Origin: a virus
Virus record (IMG/VR): IMGVR_UViG_3300020182_000010
Coordinates: 1-64,000 of that record
Reading direction: 5' to 3' (one strand)
Length of the DNA stretch: 64,000 nucleotides
Position 1 is the stretch's first letter. Each line of letters starts with the position of its first letter. Under the pieces are notes generated by a model. That model did no database searches. It was not told where the DNA came from and worked only from the letters and a program-made list of their open reading frames with translations. Shown piece after piece: positions 22,455-30,855 of the stretch. Made by a program: the position numbers and the translations under genes.

Positions 22455-22865
22455 TTACTTGGTGTCTTTTAGCCATGTTTTAACTTTGTCAGATTCAATG
22501 CTCAGTGATGGTCCATTATAAAAATCAATAGTCCATTCTTCGATATCTACCAAGCCAGTTATATCTTCTAGAATTTCAAATACTTTTCGCATTAAATCTT
22601 CATTTTTAATTTCTACAAATACTAGATACATTCCATTTTCATCAGCAGTTGGTGAAACCTCGGTATCAAGTATTTCATTTACTCCACGTTCTATAAAACG
22701 TGCTAAATCATCTGCAGGTTTTTCATCATTAACATAAAATGTAATAACTGTTACATCATCTGTTGTACCAACCTTAGGCTCAAAGTCTGCTATTGTAACC
22801 TGAGACTTTACTAGCGATTTTAGTTCATTATATTTAACGCCTTCGTTTATTTGTTTATATTTCAT
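22455..22865 (-). CDS. Hypothetical protein
   Basis: 136 aa, GGAG RBS. Confidence 0.7.
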   Translation of the reverse strand: MKYKQINEGVKYNELKSLVKSQVTIADFEPKVGTTDDVTVITFYVNDEKPADDLARFIERGVNEILDTEVSPTADENGMYLVFVEIKNEDLMRKVFEILEDITGLVDIEEWTIDFYNGPSLSIESDKVKTWLKDTK

Positions 22866-22867
22866 AA

Positions 22868-23380
22868 TTAAATCTCCTGAGCGTTGATGTTTGTATTATC
22901 ATCTAATCCAGATGTATATGCATCATTTAAATCTGTTACGTCAATATCTTCGCCGCCTACCTTAATTTTTTCGTCACTGAAATCATCAAGAAATTTTCTT
23001 GGCATCCAAATATCAACTGCCCAAATTGTATCACTTTTTAATTTAGGAAGTCCATCTTTGTCAAGATCATTTGGTGACCTGGGAATAATAGGAGTTTTTA
23101 ATATACCTTTAGTAAATTTTATTTCACAACCAATTTTTTCTAAACGTAGGCCGGCCTTAGGATCAGGCATGCCTTTATATGGATACATTAATTTCACATG
23201 CAGCCAATAGCGTGACAAATCTGGGCCTTCAACAATTTCGCCTAGATCCCAATTTTTATATGCGTACATACCAGTATCTTCTAGAATCTTTTCGAACTCT
23301 AGAAGAATATCTAATAGTGTGTTATTTTTATTAACATCACGTAGGTTATCTAATATATCATCTTGGTTTAATTCAGACAT
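22868..23380 (-). CDS. Hypothetical protein
   Basis: 170 aa, GGAG RBS, late promoter at about 23405. Confidence 0.7.
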   Translation of the reverse strand: MSELNQDDILDNLRDVNKNNTLLDILLEFEKILEDTGMYAYKNWDLGEIVEGPDLSRYWLHVKLMYPYKGMPDPKAGLRLEKIGCEIKFTKGILKTPIIPRSPNDLDKDGLPKLKSDTIWAVDIWMPRKFLDDFSDEKIKVGGEDIDVTDLNDAYTSGLDDNTNINAQEI

Positions 23381-23539
23381 TTGTAAAACTCCATTTGTTA
23401 ATAGTATTTATCACATAAAAACTTTTTTGTCAATATACAATCGTAACGCACTATTCAAAAAGATTATTGATAAGTATTATTATGGGAGCAATAATTATCT
23501 CATACCTTGAAATAACCTTTCACAAGGAGGAATCCAAAT

Positions 23540-24295
23540 ATGGCACGAAAGAAACGTGTTGAAAGTAAACCAAATAAAACTAGCCGTGACACTTATCATC
23601 CCGATGGCCAGCGTAGCGGTATCATACCATTAAGAAAAAAATCAATCCCCACAATTTTACCACGTAATATAGCACAAGAAGATTATCTATATCAACTGGC
23701 AGATCCAAAAAATAATATATGTTTTGCGATTGGTCCAGCAGGTACAGGTAAAACTTTATTGTGTACACTTATGGGCGTAAAAGCGTTTATGGAAAGAGAG
23801 GTGAAAAAAATTGTTATTACTCGTCCTGCAGTATCAGTGGACGAACAACATGGTTTCTTGCCAGGTGATCTAAATGAAAAAATGGCACCCTGGACAAGAC
23901 CTATATTTGATATATTCGAAAAGCATTTTTCGGTGGCTGAAATTGAATCGATGTTGGCAGAGAACATCATAGAAATCGCACCACTTGCATATATGCGTGG
24001 ACGAACGTTTGAGGACGCTTGGATCATTGCAGATGAAATGCAGAACGCTACAAAGTCACAAATGAAAATGCTATTGACCCGCATCGGTAACAACACTAAG
24101 ATGATTGTTACTGGGGACTTAAAACAACATGATCGAGGTTTTTCAGAGAACGGTCTTTCGGATTTTATGGAACTTACTAGACGTTATGAACTTGCAAATA
24201 TGAATCATATTGCTATCTCACGTTTTGATATGATGGATGTAGAAAGACATCCAGCAGTCGTAGAAGTTCTTAAAATCTACGGAGAGGATGACTAA
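23540..24295 (+). CDS. phoH: PhoH-family ATPase
   Basis: GPAGTGKT, ITRPAV, GFLPGDL, LAYMRGRTF, DEMQN, TGDLKQ. Confidence 0.95.
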   Translation: MARKKRVESKPNKTSRDTYHPDGQRSGIIPLRKKSIPTILPRNIAQEDYLYQLADPKNNICFAIGPAGTGKTLLCTLMGVKAFMEREVKKIVITRPAVSVDEQHGFLPGDLNEKMAPWTRPIFDIFEKHFSVAEIESMLAENIIEIAPLAYMRGRTFEDAWIIADEMQNATKSQMKMLLTRIGNNTKMIVTGDLKQHDRGFSENGLSDFMELTRRYELANMNHIAISRFDMMDVERHPAVVEVLKIYGEDD

Positions 24296-24302
24296 CTACA
24301 TT

Positions 24303-24335
24303 AAGGGAAGCAGAAATGCTTCCCTTTTACTTTTT
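24303..24335 (+). terminator. Intrinsic (probably bidirectional) terminator
   Basis: AAGGGAAGCA-GAAA-TGCTTCCCTT then T-rich, between convergent genes. Confidence 0.85.
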
Positions 24336-25759
24336 TATTTCTTTTTTAATTTTTTTCGTAGTTCTTCCACAGTGAGTACCTTAACCTCTCTGCCACTATA
24401 TACTTTAGCATTTTTATCTTTTCCATAAAATACGAATTTAGATGAAGGAACATATGTAATTGGATTTTGTTGATCCTCTTGCGGCAAATATTTGAAATTC
24501 ATATTCCCGTTATTTTGGATCATGGCCCCATTAACTTTATGTCTAAACCTACCAGTTTGAGAACCATTCGATGTAAATGTAATATCCTTATCTCCGTCAC
24601 CATCTACATCGTTAAAACGAATTCGATTAAAGTGATAGTTCCATTCGTTTCCTTCGTGTACCGGTTTAAATGTCTTGGGCGCTTTGATAATTTTAATTAG
24701 ATTAGATTTGAACTTACCATTGCCTTTATTTTCTAAAATATCTACCGCAACACCTACATATAAGTGTCCCGCTCTCGACAAAACAATATCCAAGTCTCCG
24801 TCAGAGTCTAAATCCCACATTGAAACTTCGGGAACTGTTCCCCATTTTTTTGTGCCGTCCTGTGGTAAACGATTGGTTCTTCCGAACTTACCATATCCAT
24901 TATTGTACATAATTCCAGTTGGAGTTGAGTAACCAAATTCATGACCTGAATGTACAATATCTAAATCGCCATCGCCATCCATATCTCCCAGTTCAATGAC
25001 ATATGCATGTACATTTCCACACCCTTTAACTGTCATAAACCCTTTGCCATTATTCATCCAACAAGATAATCTTGCTCCTCCATTCTTATCCTGCTGTGTC
25101 ATAACTACATCTAGATCACCATCATTATCGATATCACCAAACGAACCGCCGTGATTATATACTGCATAGTTTGGTTTGCTTAGATGTGTTGCCGAACTTT
25201 CATACCATTTACCATCTGAATTACTTAGGAAATAACTATCTCTGTACCCGTGATATGTTCCCATGCCAGTATCAGCAACCCAGTAGTCTAATATACCATC
25301 GTTATTAAAGTCAGCAACAAGTTCTTTAGATACTATCTGTTGGCCTGGCTTACTGCGGTTGTCTACAAAAAGCATCGAACGGTCTTTGAATTTACCATCT
25401 TTGGATCCAAATAGTACACTTGGACCAAACCCTTCACCTTCGCAACGGTCGCCACTGCATAGCCCACCAACCCCATCACCCGTCTTATTTAAATTGGTAG
25501 GATTCATAGACCCATTATACAACACATCAAGAATACCATCATTATTAAAATCTTGATATACATAAGATGGTGTCCACCAATATCGTGTTTTTATTCTACC
25601 TGGATTGGTATTTGGAAAGACATTGTAATCCACATTGTTTTTGATATGAATACCCGCAATAGCATCAGACACATCGGATGTAGAACTGTTACCACTAGTA
25701 GTACAACCAATTAATGCCACAACAGATGACATAAGGAGTAATTTTATAGAAGTAGTCAT
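24335..25759 (-). CDS. FG-GAP/VCBS repeat lipoprotein (beta-propeller)
   Basis: Lipobox LIGC; repeated DFNNDGILD / DIDNDGDLD / DMDGDGDLD motifs. Confidence 0.85.
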   Translation of the reverse strand: MTTSIKLLLMSSVVALIGCTTSGNSSTSDVSDAIAGIHIKNNVDYNVFPNTNPGRIKTRYWWTPSYVYQDFNNDGILDVLYNGSMNPTNLNKTGDGVGGLCSGDRCEGEGFGPSVLFGSKDGKFKDRSMLFVDNRSKPGQQIVSKELVADFNNDGILDYWVADTGMGTYHGYRDSYFLSNSDGKWYESSATHLSKPNYAVYNHGGSFGDIDNDGDLDVVMTQQDKNGGARLSCWMNNGKGFMTVKGCGNVHAYVIELGDMDGDGDLDIVHSGHEFGYSTPTGIMYNNGYGKFGRTNRLPQDGTKKWGTVPEVSMWDLDSDGDLDIVLSRAGHLYVGVAVDILENKGNGKFKSNLIKIIKAPKTFKPVHEGNEWNYHFNRIRFNDVDGDGDKDITFTSNGSQTGRFRHKVNGAMIQNNGNMNFKYLPQEDQQNPITYVPSSKFVFYGKDKNAKVYSGREVKVLTVEELRKKLKKK

Positions 25760-25779
25760 GATATTATATCCTTTTACTT

Positions 25780-26367
25780 TTACCCGATGATGTAATCTGC
25801 GATTGCATTCCAATCATCTAACTTCTTAATTGCTGGGTTATCACAATCTTCGTTGTGTCCATGTTTGATTAGTACACTGGTAAGACCAAACTGCAACCCA
25901 CACTCAGCATTCTCAGTTTTATCTTCTAACCAGAATTTTGCGGCAGGATACTTAGCCGTATATTCTGCAAGTGCGTCATCTTTGTCTGCCCCAGTATCAA
26001 GGCAAATAACTTCTTTACACACATTCATGCCGAACACGTTCTTCAAGTTTGAAATACGAAGCAACCGAGCCTTTTCATCAAGTGACAATGAAGTGATAAC
26101 AACGAACTGATATCCAGCTTCTACTAATTTAGCAACACCACTCCGGGCATCACGAAACGCTGGAAGAAATCCCATCCATGCACTCTCGTTAAACTCCTTG
26201 ACTAATCGCTTACCATCAGCCTTTTCAATGCCGTATGTAATGCTCATGTCATATACGTTTTCTACTTTTTTCGAATAACCTTTCTGAATCATCCACTCGG
26301 AGAACATACCCTCCCAGTTAAGCATAACACCATCACAGTCAGTAAAGATAATTTTTTCGTTTGTCAT
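25780..26367 (-). CDS. HAD-superfamily 5'-nucleotidase-like phosphatase
   Basis: DCDGV motif I, VITS, WLEDK motif. Confidence 0.8.
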   Translation of the reverse strand: MTNEKIIFTDCDGVMLNWEGMFSEWMIQKGYSKKVENVYDMSITYGIEKADGKRLVKEFNESAWMGFLPAFRDARSGVAKLVEAGYQFVVITSLSLDEKARLLRISNLKNVFGMNVCKEVICLDTGADKDDALAEYTAKYPAAKFWLEDKTENAECGLQFGLTSVLIKHGHNEDCDNPAIKKLDDWNAIADYIIG

Positions 26368-26395
26368 ATTGATACTTTCTTCTTATTACCATTAC

Positions 26396-26424
26396 TTTAT
26401 ATAGTGATTCGTCCAGAATGTCAA
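26396..26424 (-). promoter_or_regulatory. Sigma70-type early promoter with GANTC spacer
   Basis: TTGACA-ttctggaCGAATCActa-TATAAA. Confidence 0.8.
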
Positions 26425-26427
26425 GTG

Positions 26428-26613
26428 CTAATTTTGTTTTTTATGTCTACGAACACGTTCACGCCATACAACATAACTACGTTTTTTAAGATTATATTTC
26501 ATTATTTTCATAACATCATCTTCGGTTAAATCATACTGAGATTTAATATCAGCCCATGTTGTTTTATCACACCAGGCACTCGCAATAAGTTCAGATAAAT
26601 TATATTCAGTCAT
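26428..26613 (-). CDS. DUF2805/TIGR03643-like small protein
   Basis: AWCDKT...IK.QY.L.EDDV.KIM..NLK..SY..WRERV pattern. Confidence 0.7.
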   Translation of the reverse strand: MTEYNLSELIASAWCDKTTWADIKSQYDLTEDDVMKIMKYNLKKRSYVVWRERVRRHKKQN

Positions 26614-26819
26614 ATGATTATTACCGTAAATTTGTACGGACGCATCTTTATACCATCAGCCCACCAACTAGTAAATTGTTGTAGTCCGGCCATCAACACT
26701 AACACACTCCGCTGTGCGACAATACTCTGCATCGACATTTTTTGTATGAGAACAACCTCACTTCATTCATATGGGACCTTGTAACCCATACTAGCAAGTA
26801 GTAACTCTTGCGTGGCTTT

Positions 26820-26907
26820 TGGCAGACAGGGTGGGATTCGAACCCACGGAACCTCTCGGTTCGCCGGATTAGTAATCCGGTGCTTTCGGCCACTCAGCCA
26901 CCTGTCC
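26820..26907 (-). tRNA. tRNA-Ser, anticodon ACT (unusual)
   Basis: Anticodon arm CCGGA-TTACTAA-TCCGG, long variable arm, G73, encoded CCA. Confidence 0.9.
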
Positions 26908-26914
26908 ACATTCT

Positions 26915-26991
26915 TGGTCGGAGTATAAGGATTCGAACCTTAGACCTCTGCGTCCCAAACGCAGCGCACTACCAGACTGTGCTATACTCCG
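26915..26991 (-). tRNA. tRNA-Pro(TGG)
   Basis: CTGCG-TTTGGGA-CGCAG; CCA end. Confidence 0.95.
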
Positions 26992-26998
26992 AATTTAA

Positions 26999-27073
26999 TG
27001 GTATCCCGTAGGGGAATCGAACCCCTCTTTTCAGGTTGAAAACCTAACGTCCTAACCGATAGACGAACGGGAC
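26999..27073 (-). tRNA. tRNA-Glu(TTC)
   Basis: TTAGG-TTTTCAA-CCTGA; CCA end. Confidence 0.95.
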
Positions 27074-27164
27074 AAATAATCTCAAGCAGTTTATGGTCCT
27101 GCTTAGGACATTCTGGGCACCATTTGCTCAATTATTTTATAAGGGGAACAAAACCCTTTGACTA

Positions 27165-27241
27165 TGGCGCGGTTGACGGGACTCGAACCCGCGACCCTCG
27201 GCGTGACAGGCCGATACTCTAACCAACTGAGCTACAACCGC
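27165..27241 (-). tRNA. tRNA-Asp(GTC)
   Basis: TCGGC-CTGTCAC-GCCGA; CCA end. Confidence 0.95.
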
Positions 27242-27247
27242 TTGTTA

Positions 27248-27490
27248 TTATTCTCCAATGGCAAATGACAATTGACGTTCTGCATCTGCCTCTTCTTTGC
27301 GTTCTGCAATAATCATATCGACAATTTCATTAAATGAATCATAAAATTCTTCATCGTCTTTCCAGAATGAGCGACACGCAGCATATGCATCAGCATCTAC
27401 GAAATTCCAGTTGATTGAGTAATCATCATTGAGATTTTCTGATTTCTCAACTGCAGCACGGATTTCGATTTCAAGCATTGAATAGATCAT
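27248..27490 (-). CDS. Hypothetical protein
   Basis: 80 aa, GAGAG RBS, own promoter. Confidence 0.7.
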   Translation of the reverse strand: MIYSMLEIEIRAAVEKSENLNDDYSINWNFVDADAYAACRSFWKDDEEFYDSFNEIVDMIIAERKEEADAERQLSFAIGE

Positions 27491-27521
27491 TGTGATTCTC
27501 TCTCATTGTTTCTATACATAC

Positions 27522-27550
27522 TTTATAGCACTATTAAAATAGATTGTCAA
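27522..27550 (-). promoter_or_regulatory. Sigma70 promoter with extended -10
   Basis: TTGACA-17 bp (ending TGC)-TATAAA; no GANTC. Confidence 0.7.
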
Positions 27551-27566
27551 GCATTATTTTAAATTG

Positions 27567-27695
27567 TTATTCTAATCCCACGCACGGAATAATAATAGAT
27601 TGCTGGCAGTTATCTGGGTAGGCAATTGCAGCACCAAGAATAGGCAATCCTACCATAAAGAAAGTAATAATAATAAAAGATAACAATAGTTTCAT
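27567..27695 (-). CDS. Small membrane protein (42 aa)
   Basis: Own translation MKLLLSFIIITFFMVGLPILGAAIAYPDNCQQSIIIPCVGLE. Confidence 0.5.
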   Translation of the reverse strand: MKLLLSFIIITFFMVGLPILGAAIAYPDNCQQSIIIPCVGLE

Positions 27696-27712
27696 AAGTT
27701 ATAATCCTAGTT

Positions 27713-27796
27713 TGGTGGGCGACCCTGGAATCGAACCAGGCGTGCGTCTCCGCGAGGGAGTTACAGTCCCCTGCCACACCTTGCGGCCTGTCGCCC
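27713..27796 (-). tRNA. tRNA-Tyr(GTA)
   Basis: GGGGA-CTGTAAC-TCCCT, long variable arm, CCA. Confidence 0.9.
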
Positions 27797-27806
27797 ACTT
27801 TAAATT

Positions 27807-27897
27807 TGGTAGAAGTGGGTGGATTCGAACCACCTCAAAGGCGCTAATCTGGCGCAAAGAGCATATAAAACTCCTCTGACTACCAAGTCTCACTTCC
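27807..27897 (-). tRNA. Atypical tRNA, anticodon TAT (Ile), long variable arm
   Basis: Acceptor GGAAGTG/CACTTCT, T arm GGTGG-TTCGAAT-CCACC, anticodon arm GGAGT-TTTATAT-GCTCT, CCA. Confidence 0.75.
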
Positions 27898-27904
27898 GAT
27901 TTTT

Positions 27905-27981
27905 TGGTGCTCCCGGTAGGACTCGAACCTACGACCGACCCGTTATGAGCGGGTGGCTCTAACCAACTGAGCTACAGGAGC
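27905..27981 (-). tRNA. tRNA(CAT), probably Ile2 (lysidine type); elongator Met not excluded
   Basis: ACCCG-CTCATAA-CGGGT; paired 1:72, so not the initiator. Confidence 0.85.
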
Positions 27982-27989
27982 GTTATTTC

Positions 27990-28064
27990 TGGAGCGGGTA
28001 AGGAGAATCGAACTCCTGTCTAAAGGTTGGAAACCTACCGTAATAACCACTATACGATACCCGC
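27990..28064 (-). tRNA. tRNA-Gly(TCC)
   Basis: TTTCCAA loop, GCGGG start, U73, CCA. Confidence 0.95.
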
Positions 28065-28072
28065 GGTTTATT

Positions 28073-28252
28073 TTATCTTTCTACTAAAGGAGTAGCAGCC
28101 TGTGAATCATGATAGTCACCACTTGTATAGTAATCACGATACGCAACCTCTTTGACCATTATACCGTTCTTCATACGATATGTAACAATTTCTCTACGAA
28201 TGACACCAGTAGTATCAGCATCAAATGCGGCTTTAAATGGTCCATCTGCCAT
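28073..28252 (-). CDS. Small hypothetical protein (59 aa)
   Basis: Own translation MADGPFKAAFDADTTGVIRREIVTYRMKNG...; AAGGAG RBS. Confidence 0.7.
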   Translation of the reverse strand: MADGPFKAAFDADTTGVIRREIVTYRMKNGIMVKEVAYRDYYTSGDYHDSQAATPLVER

Positions 28253-28275
28253 ATTATATTCTCCTTAATAATATT

Positions 28276-28361
28276 TGGTACTCGTACCCGGACTTGAACC
28301 GGGACGCCTCAAGGGCAACAGATTTTAAGTCTGGCGCGTCTACCGATTCCGCCATACGAGC
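28276..28361 (-). tRNA. tRNA-Leu(TAA)
   Basis: CAGA-CTTAAAA-TCTG, variable arm, CCA. Confidence 0.95.
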
Positions 28362-28368
28362 ATATTAA

Positions 28369-28641
28369 TTAGATGATGTAATCATCGTGTTCATTTTCCC
28401 ATTGATTAATGGCATTTCTTAGTCCCATTGCTAACCAATCACCACCTGACATATCAAGCATTTCGCTCCATTGGTCAACAACTTCATCGATTTGTTCACG
28501 CTCTAATTCATCTGGTGAATCTACCCCAAAATGTTCCTGAATTAGTCCAAAGGCCCACTCGGTAACTTCACCTTCCAACCAATCAAGCATTTTGTGTGGA
28601 CGATGGATTTCAAATTTATCTTCACTCATGTTCGCCTCCAT
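28369..28641 (-). CDS. Hypothetical protein
   Basis: 90 aa, acidic, AGGAG RBS. Confidence 0.7.
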   Translation of the reverse strand: MEANMSEDKFEIHRPHKMLDWLEGEVTEWAFGLIQEHFGVDSPDELEREQIDEVVDQWSEMLDMSGGDWLAMGLRNAINQWENEHDDYII

Positions 28642-28654
28642 TTCTCCTTTAATT

Positions 28655-28731
28655 TGGCGATCCCTATAGGATTCGAACCTATGACCTAGTGCTTAGAAGG
28701 CACTTGCTCTATCCAGCTGAGCTAAGGAATC
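28655..28731 (-). tRNA. tRNA-Arg(TCT)
   Basis: AGTGC-CTTCTAA-GCACT; CCA. Confidence 0.95.
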
Positions 28732-28741
28732 ATTATTCTTT

Positions 28742-28957
28742 TTAGTAAATAAGTTGCATACCATCTACATTAGATTGTTTCCAGCCACGTGCCAATGCGT
28801 GTGCATCAATAATATCTTTACGTTTGGAATCTGGCGACATTTTTACTTTGTTCGCCCAATCTTGCATTTCCATTTCAACCATAATTGCTTGTTGTCCGCG
28901 TGACACACCAGCATTAACTTTGTTTACTTCATTCCAAATAATATTAGCATCTGACAT
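28742..28957 (-). CDS. Hypothetical protein
   Basis: 71 aa, AAGGA RBS; promoter at 28986-29014. Confidence 0.65.
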   Translation of the reverse strand: MSDANIIWNEVNKVNAGVSRGQQAIMVEMEMQDWANKVKMSPDSKRKDIIDAHALARGWKQSNVDGMQLIY

Positions 28958-29141
28958 AGTGTATTCCTTTTCATCTGTTATAATAGTTATAGCATATTGA
29001 TTCTAGATTGTCAACCGTTAATTTCCAAAATAACTAATTAAATTCCACCAAGTATATTCTTTACCTTGGCCAAAATTCATCCAACCCAATGCAAATACAC
29101 TGACTAATACATAGCAAATAATTTCATTAAGTTTTTCATGA

Positions 29142-29309
29142 TTAGTCATGTGGTGCATACTCCTCTTCAAATTCATTAAATGAATTTTTCTTTTCATCTA
29201 GCATACGTTCTAGTGTATGAATTGCCATACGCTTTTCATCGCTTGCACCTTCTGTCAAATTGATGATTGCATTTTGAAGTGTTTCGATATCTTGTAATAC
29301 TTCGTTCAT
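29142..29309 (-). CDS. Hypothetical protein
   Basis: Start MNEVLQ after GAGG RBS. Confidence 0.65.
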   Translation of the reverse strand: MNEVLQDIETLQNAIINLTEGASDEKRMAIHTLERMLDEKKNSFNEFEEEYAPHD

Positions 29310-29336
29310 AGTAATCCTCATTGTTATTACTATTAT

Positions 29337-29365
29337 GTTATACAATGATTCGTTCTAAATGTCAA
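29337..29365 (-). promoter_or_regulatory. Sigma70-type early promoter with GANTC spacer
   Basis: TTGACA-tttagaaCGAATCAttg-TATAAC. Confidence 0.75.
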
Positions 29366-30062
29366 GATATATTTTGTTTAACCAATCAAAATTATTAATT
29401 TTCTGTAAGTCATTAGGAGAATTACAATGTTTTTTGCCATAGTCTGCTCCCATTGTTGCACCAATAGAAATCAATTCATGATGTTCAATGGGCATCGGTG
29501 ATTTCCAACGGTCGAGTCTCTTTTCTATATCATCAGTTGCTACGCCACTTGCGAGTTTTGTACATTCTCTAAATGCACCTTTCCAAGCATTAAATGGTGT
29601 ATTTGCAAATCTAGTTTCATTTGCAGGTATATCTATACGATAATATGGAAAGCCAAGTTTTGCCACACCAGTAGTAACATCAACTATTTTTGTCGTGCTT
29701 TCAATAAAGAATGAATTACGATTAAATAATTTAACACCACCATATCCTGCTAGTTCACCAGTAGCAGGGTTTAATGCTCTCCAAACGTGAGTACATTGAG
29801 CCTGTGGTACACCTGGATATACATCTATTCTATTAGATGGTATATACGAAAAATCAAAATCATCGATTATCCAGGCATCACCATCCACCACATAAAAGTT
29901 TTCGGTTGCACTTTGTTCGGCACACGCACGATGTGCTTCATATACGCCATCAACATCAGCAGTATTAATAACTCGCTGATCCTCACCAACCTTAGATAAT
30001 ATTCTATTTAAATTGTTATCTGAATAATCATCCCGGTAAGTAAGATAGAATACATCTATCAC
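29355..30062 (-). CDS. Glycosyltransferase-like (GT-A) protein
   Basis: DVFYLTY, AHRACA, FYVVDGD (DxD), GYGGVKLF. Confidence 0.6.
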   Translation of the reverse strand: MIDVFYLTYRDDYSDNNLNRILSKVGEDQRVINTADVDGVYEAHRACAEQSATENFYVVDGDAWIIDDFDFSYIPSNRIDVYPGVPQAQCTHVWRALNPATGELAGYGGVKLFNRNSFFIESTTKIVDVTTGVAKLGFPYYRIDIPANETRFANTPFNAWKGAFRECTKLASGVATDDIEKRLDRWKSPMPIEHHELISIGATMGADYGKKHCNSPNDLQKINNFDWLNKIYLDI

Positions 30063-30394
30063 GCCACTTGAATCTCTGGCGGTTTACCATTGTCACTTAC
30101 GCCTAAAATTCCTTCTGGATCACCTAACCAAAAGCGAATAGATGTATCATCTGAAAGTCTCAAATCTTGTCCCTGTGACCATCTGCCGTGTTGCATTAGA
30201 ACCCAATCACCCACACGCACATCTTTCTGTTCTGGTCCTACTGCATAAACTTCTGCCCAGCGTGGTCTAATGCCTCTATCGCCTGATTCTGCTGTACTAT
30301 CATCCAAATGAATAATTCCATTTAGTTTTTTAAATCCTGTATCCATATTAGTAAGAATAATTTTATTTCCAATTGGGGATAACGTTTTCATCAT
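30059..30394 (-). CDS. groES: GroES-like co-chaperonin
   Basis: LSPIGNKII...GIIHLDD...AEVYAVGP...VRVGDWVL. Confidence 0.8.
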   Translation of the reverse strand: MMKTLSPIGNKIILTNMDTGFKKLNGIIHLDDSTAESGDRGIRPRWAEVYAVGPEQKDVRVGDWVLMQHGRWSQGQDLRLSDDTSIRFWLGDPEGILGVSDNGKPPEIQVA

Positions 30395-30401
30395 TGTTTC
30401 C

Positions 30402-30842
30402 TTATTTTGATTTTTTAGATTTATTTTTCTTTGTTTCATCTGCTTTTACAAAATTACCATCATCATCTTCTACCCATTCATCATCATTATATTCTTCTGG
30501 TATTGGTCCAGGGCTAACATCTTCAAATACTGGTTCTACTTTTGTTTCTTTTTGAGCAGGTTGTTCTGGCTCTTGCCAATCATCTTCCATTGGTTTATCT
30601 GGTGTTTTGGGTGCAGGCGTATCATCTAATTTAATACTTGCACTTTTTACTGCATTGGGGTTATTCCGGTTATAATGTTCTCTTGCTATTTCATCAGCAC
30701 TTTTCATAACTCTGCCTGCTCTACCAAGTTTATCACCTCTAGCATTGGATGCAGTATTACCTACTGTTATATTTTTATCTTGTTGAGCCAGTAATTTGCC
30801 AATATCAATATTAACACCTCGCATACTTTTATAATTTTTCAT
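30402..30842 (-). CDS. Hypothetical protein
   Basis: 146 aa, acidic/Pro-rich C-terminus. Confidence 0.7.
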   Translation of the reverse strand: MKNYKSMRGVNIDIGKLLAQQDKNITVGNTASNARGDKLGRAGRVMKSADEIAREHYNRNNPNAVKSASIKLDDTPAPKTPDKPMEDDWQEPEQPAQKETKVEPVFEDVSPGPIPEEYNDDEWVEDDDGNFVKADETKKNKSKKSK

Positions 30843-30855
30843 ATCTTCGCCTTTT

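Noticed and set aside
27123-27159. preQ1-I riboswitch call
   Set aside because: Architecture is similar, but the loop consensus is not matched and it lies between tRNAs rather than before a queuosine gene; kept only as an unknown pseudoknot.
26860-27875. Possible suppressor tRNAs (CTA within the Ser loop, TTA within the Ile loop) and stop-codon recoding
   Set aside because: Stem pairing fixes the anticodons as ACT and TAT, with the stop-reading triplets out of register; known proteins are full length in the standard code.
26699-27893. Track ORFs 26699..26893, 26808..27011, 27610..27798, 27699..27893
   Set aside because: They overlap clear tRNA genes.
27807-27897. Selenocysteine tRNA
   Set aside because: Short D-loop and long variable arm, but the anticodon is not TCA and the acceptor stem is 7 bp.
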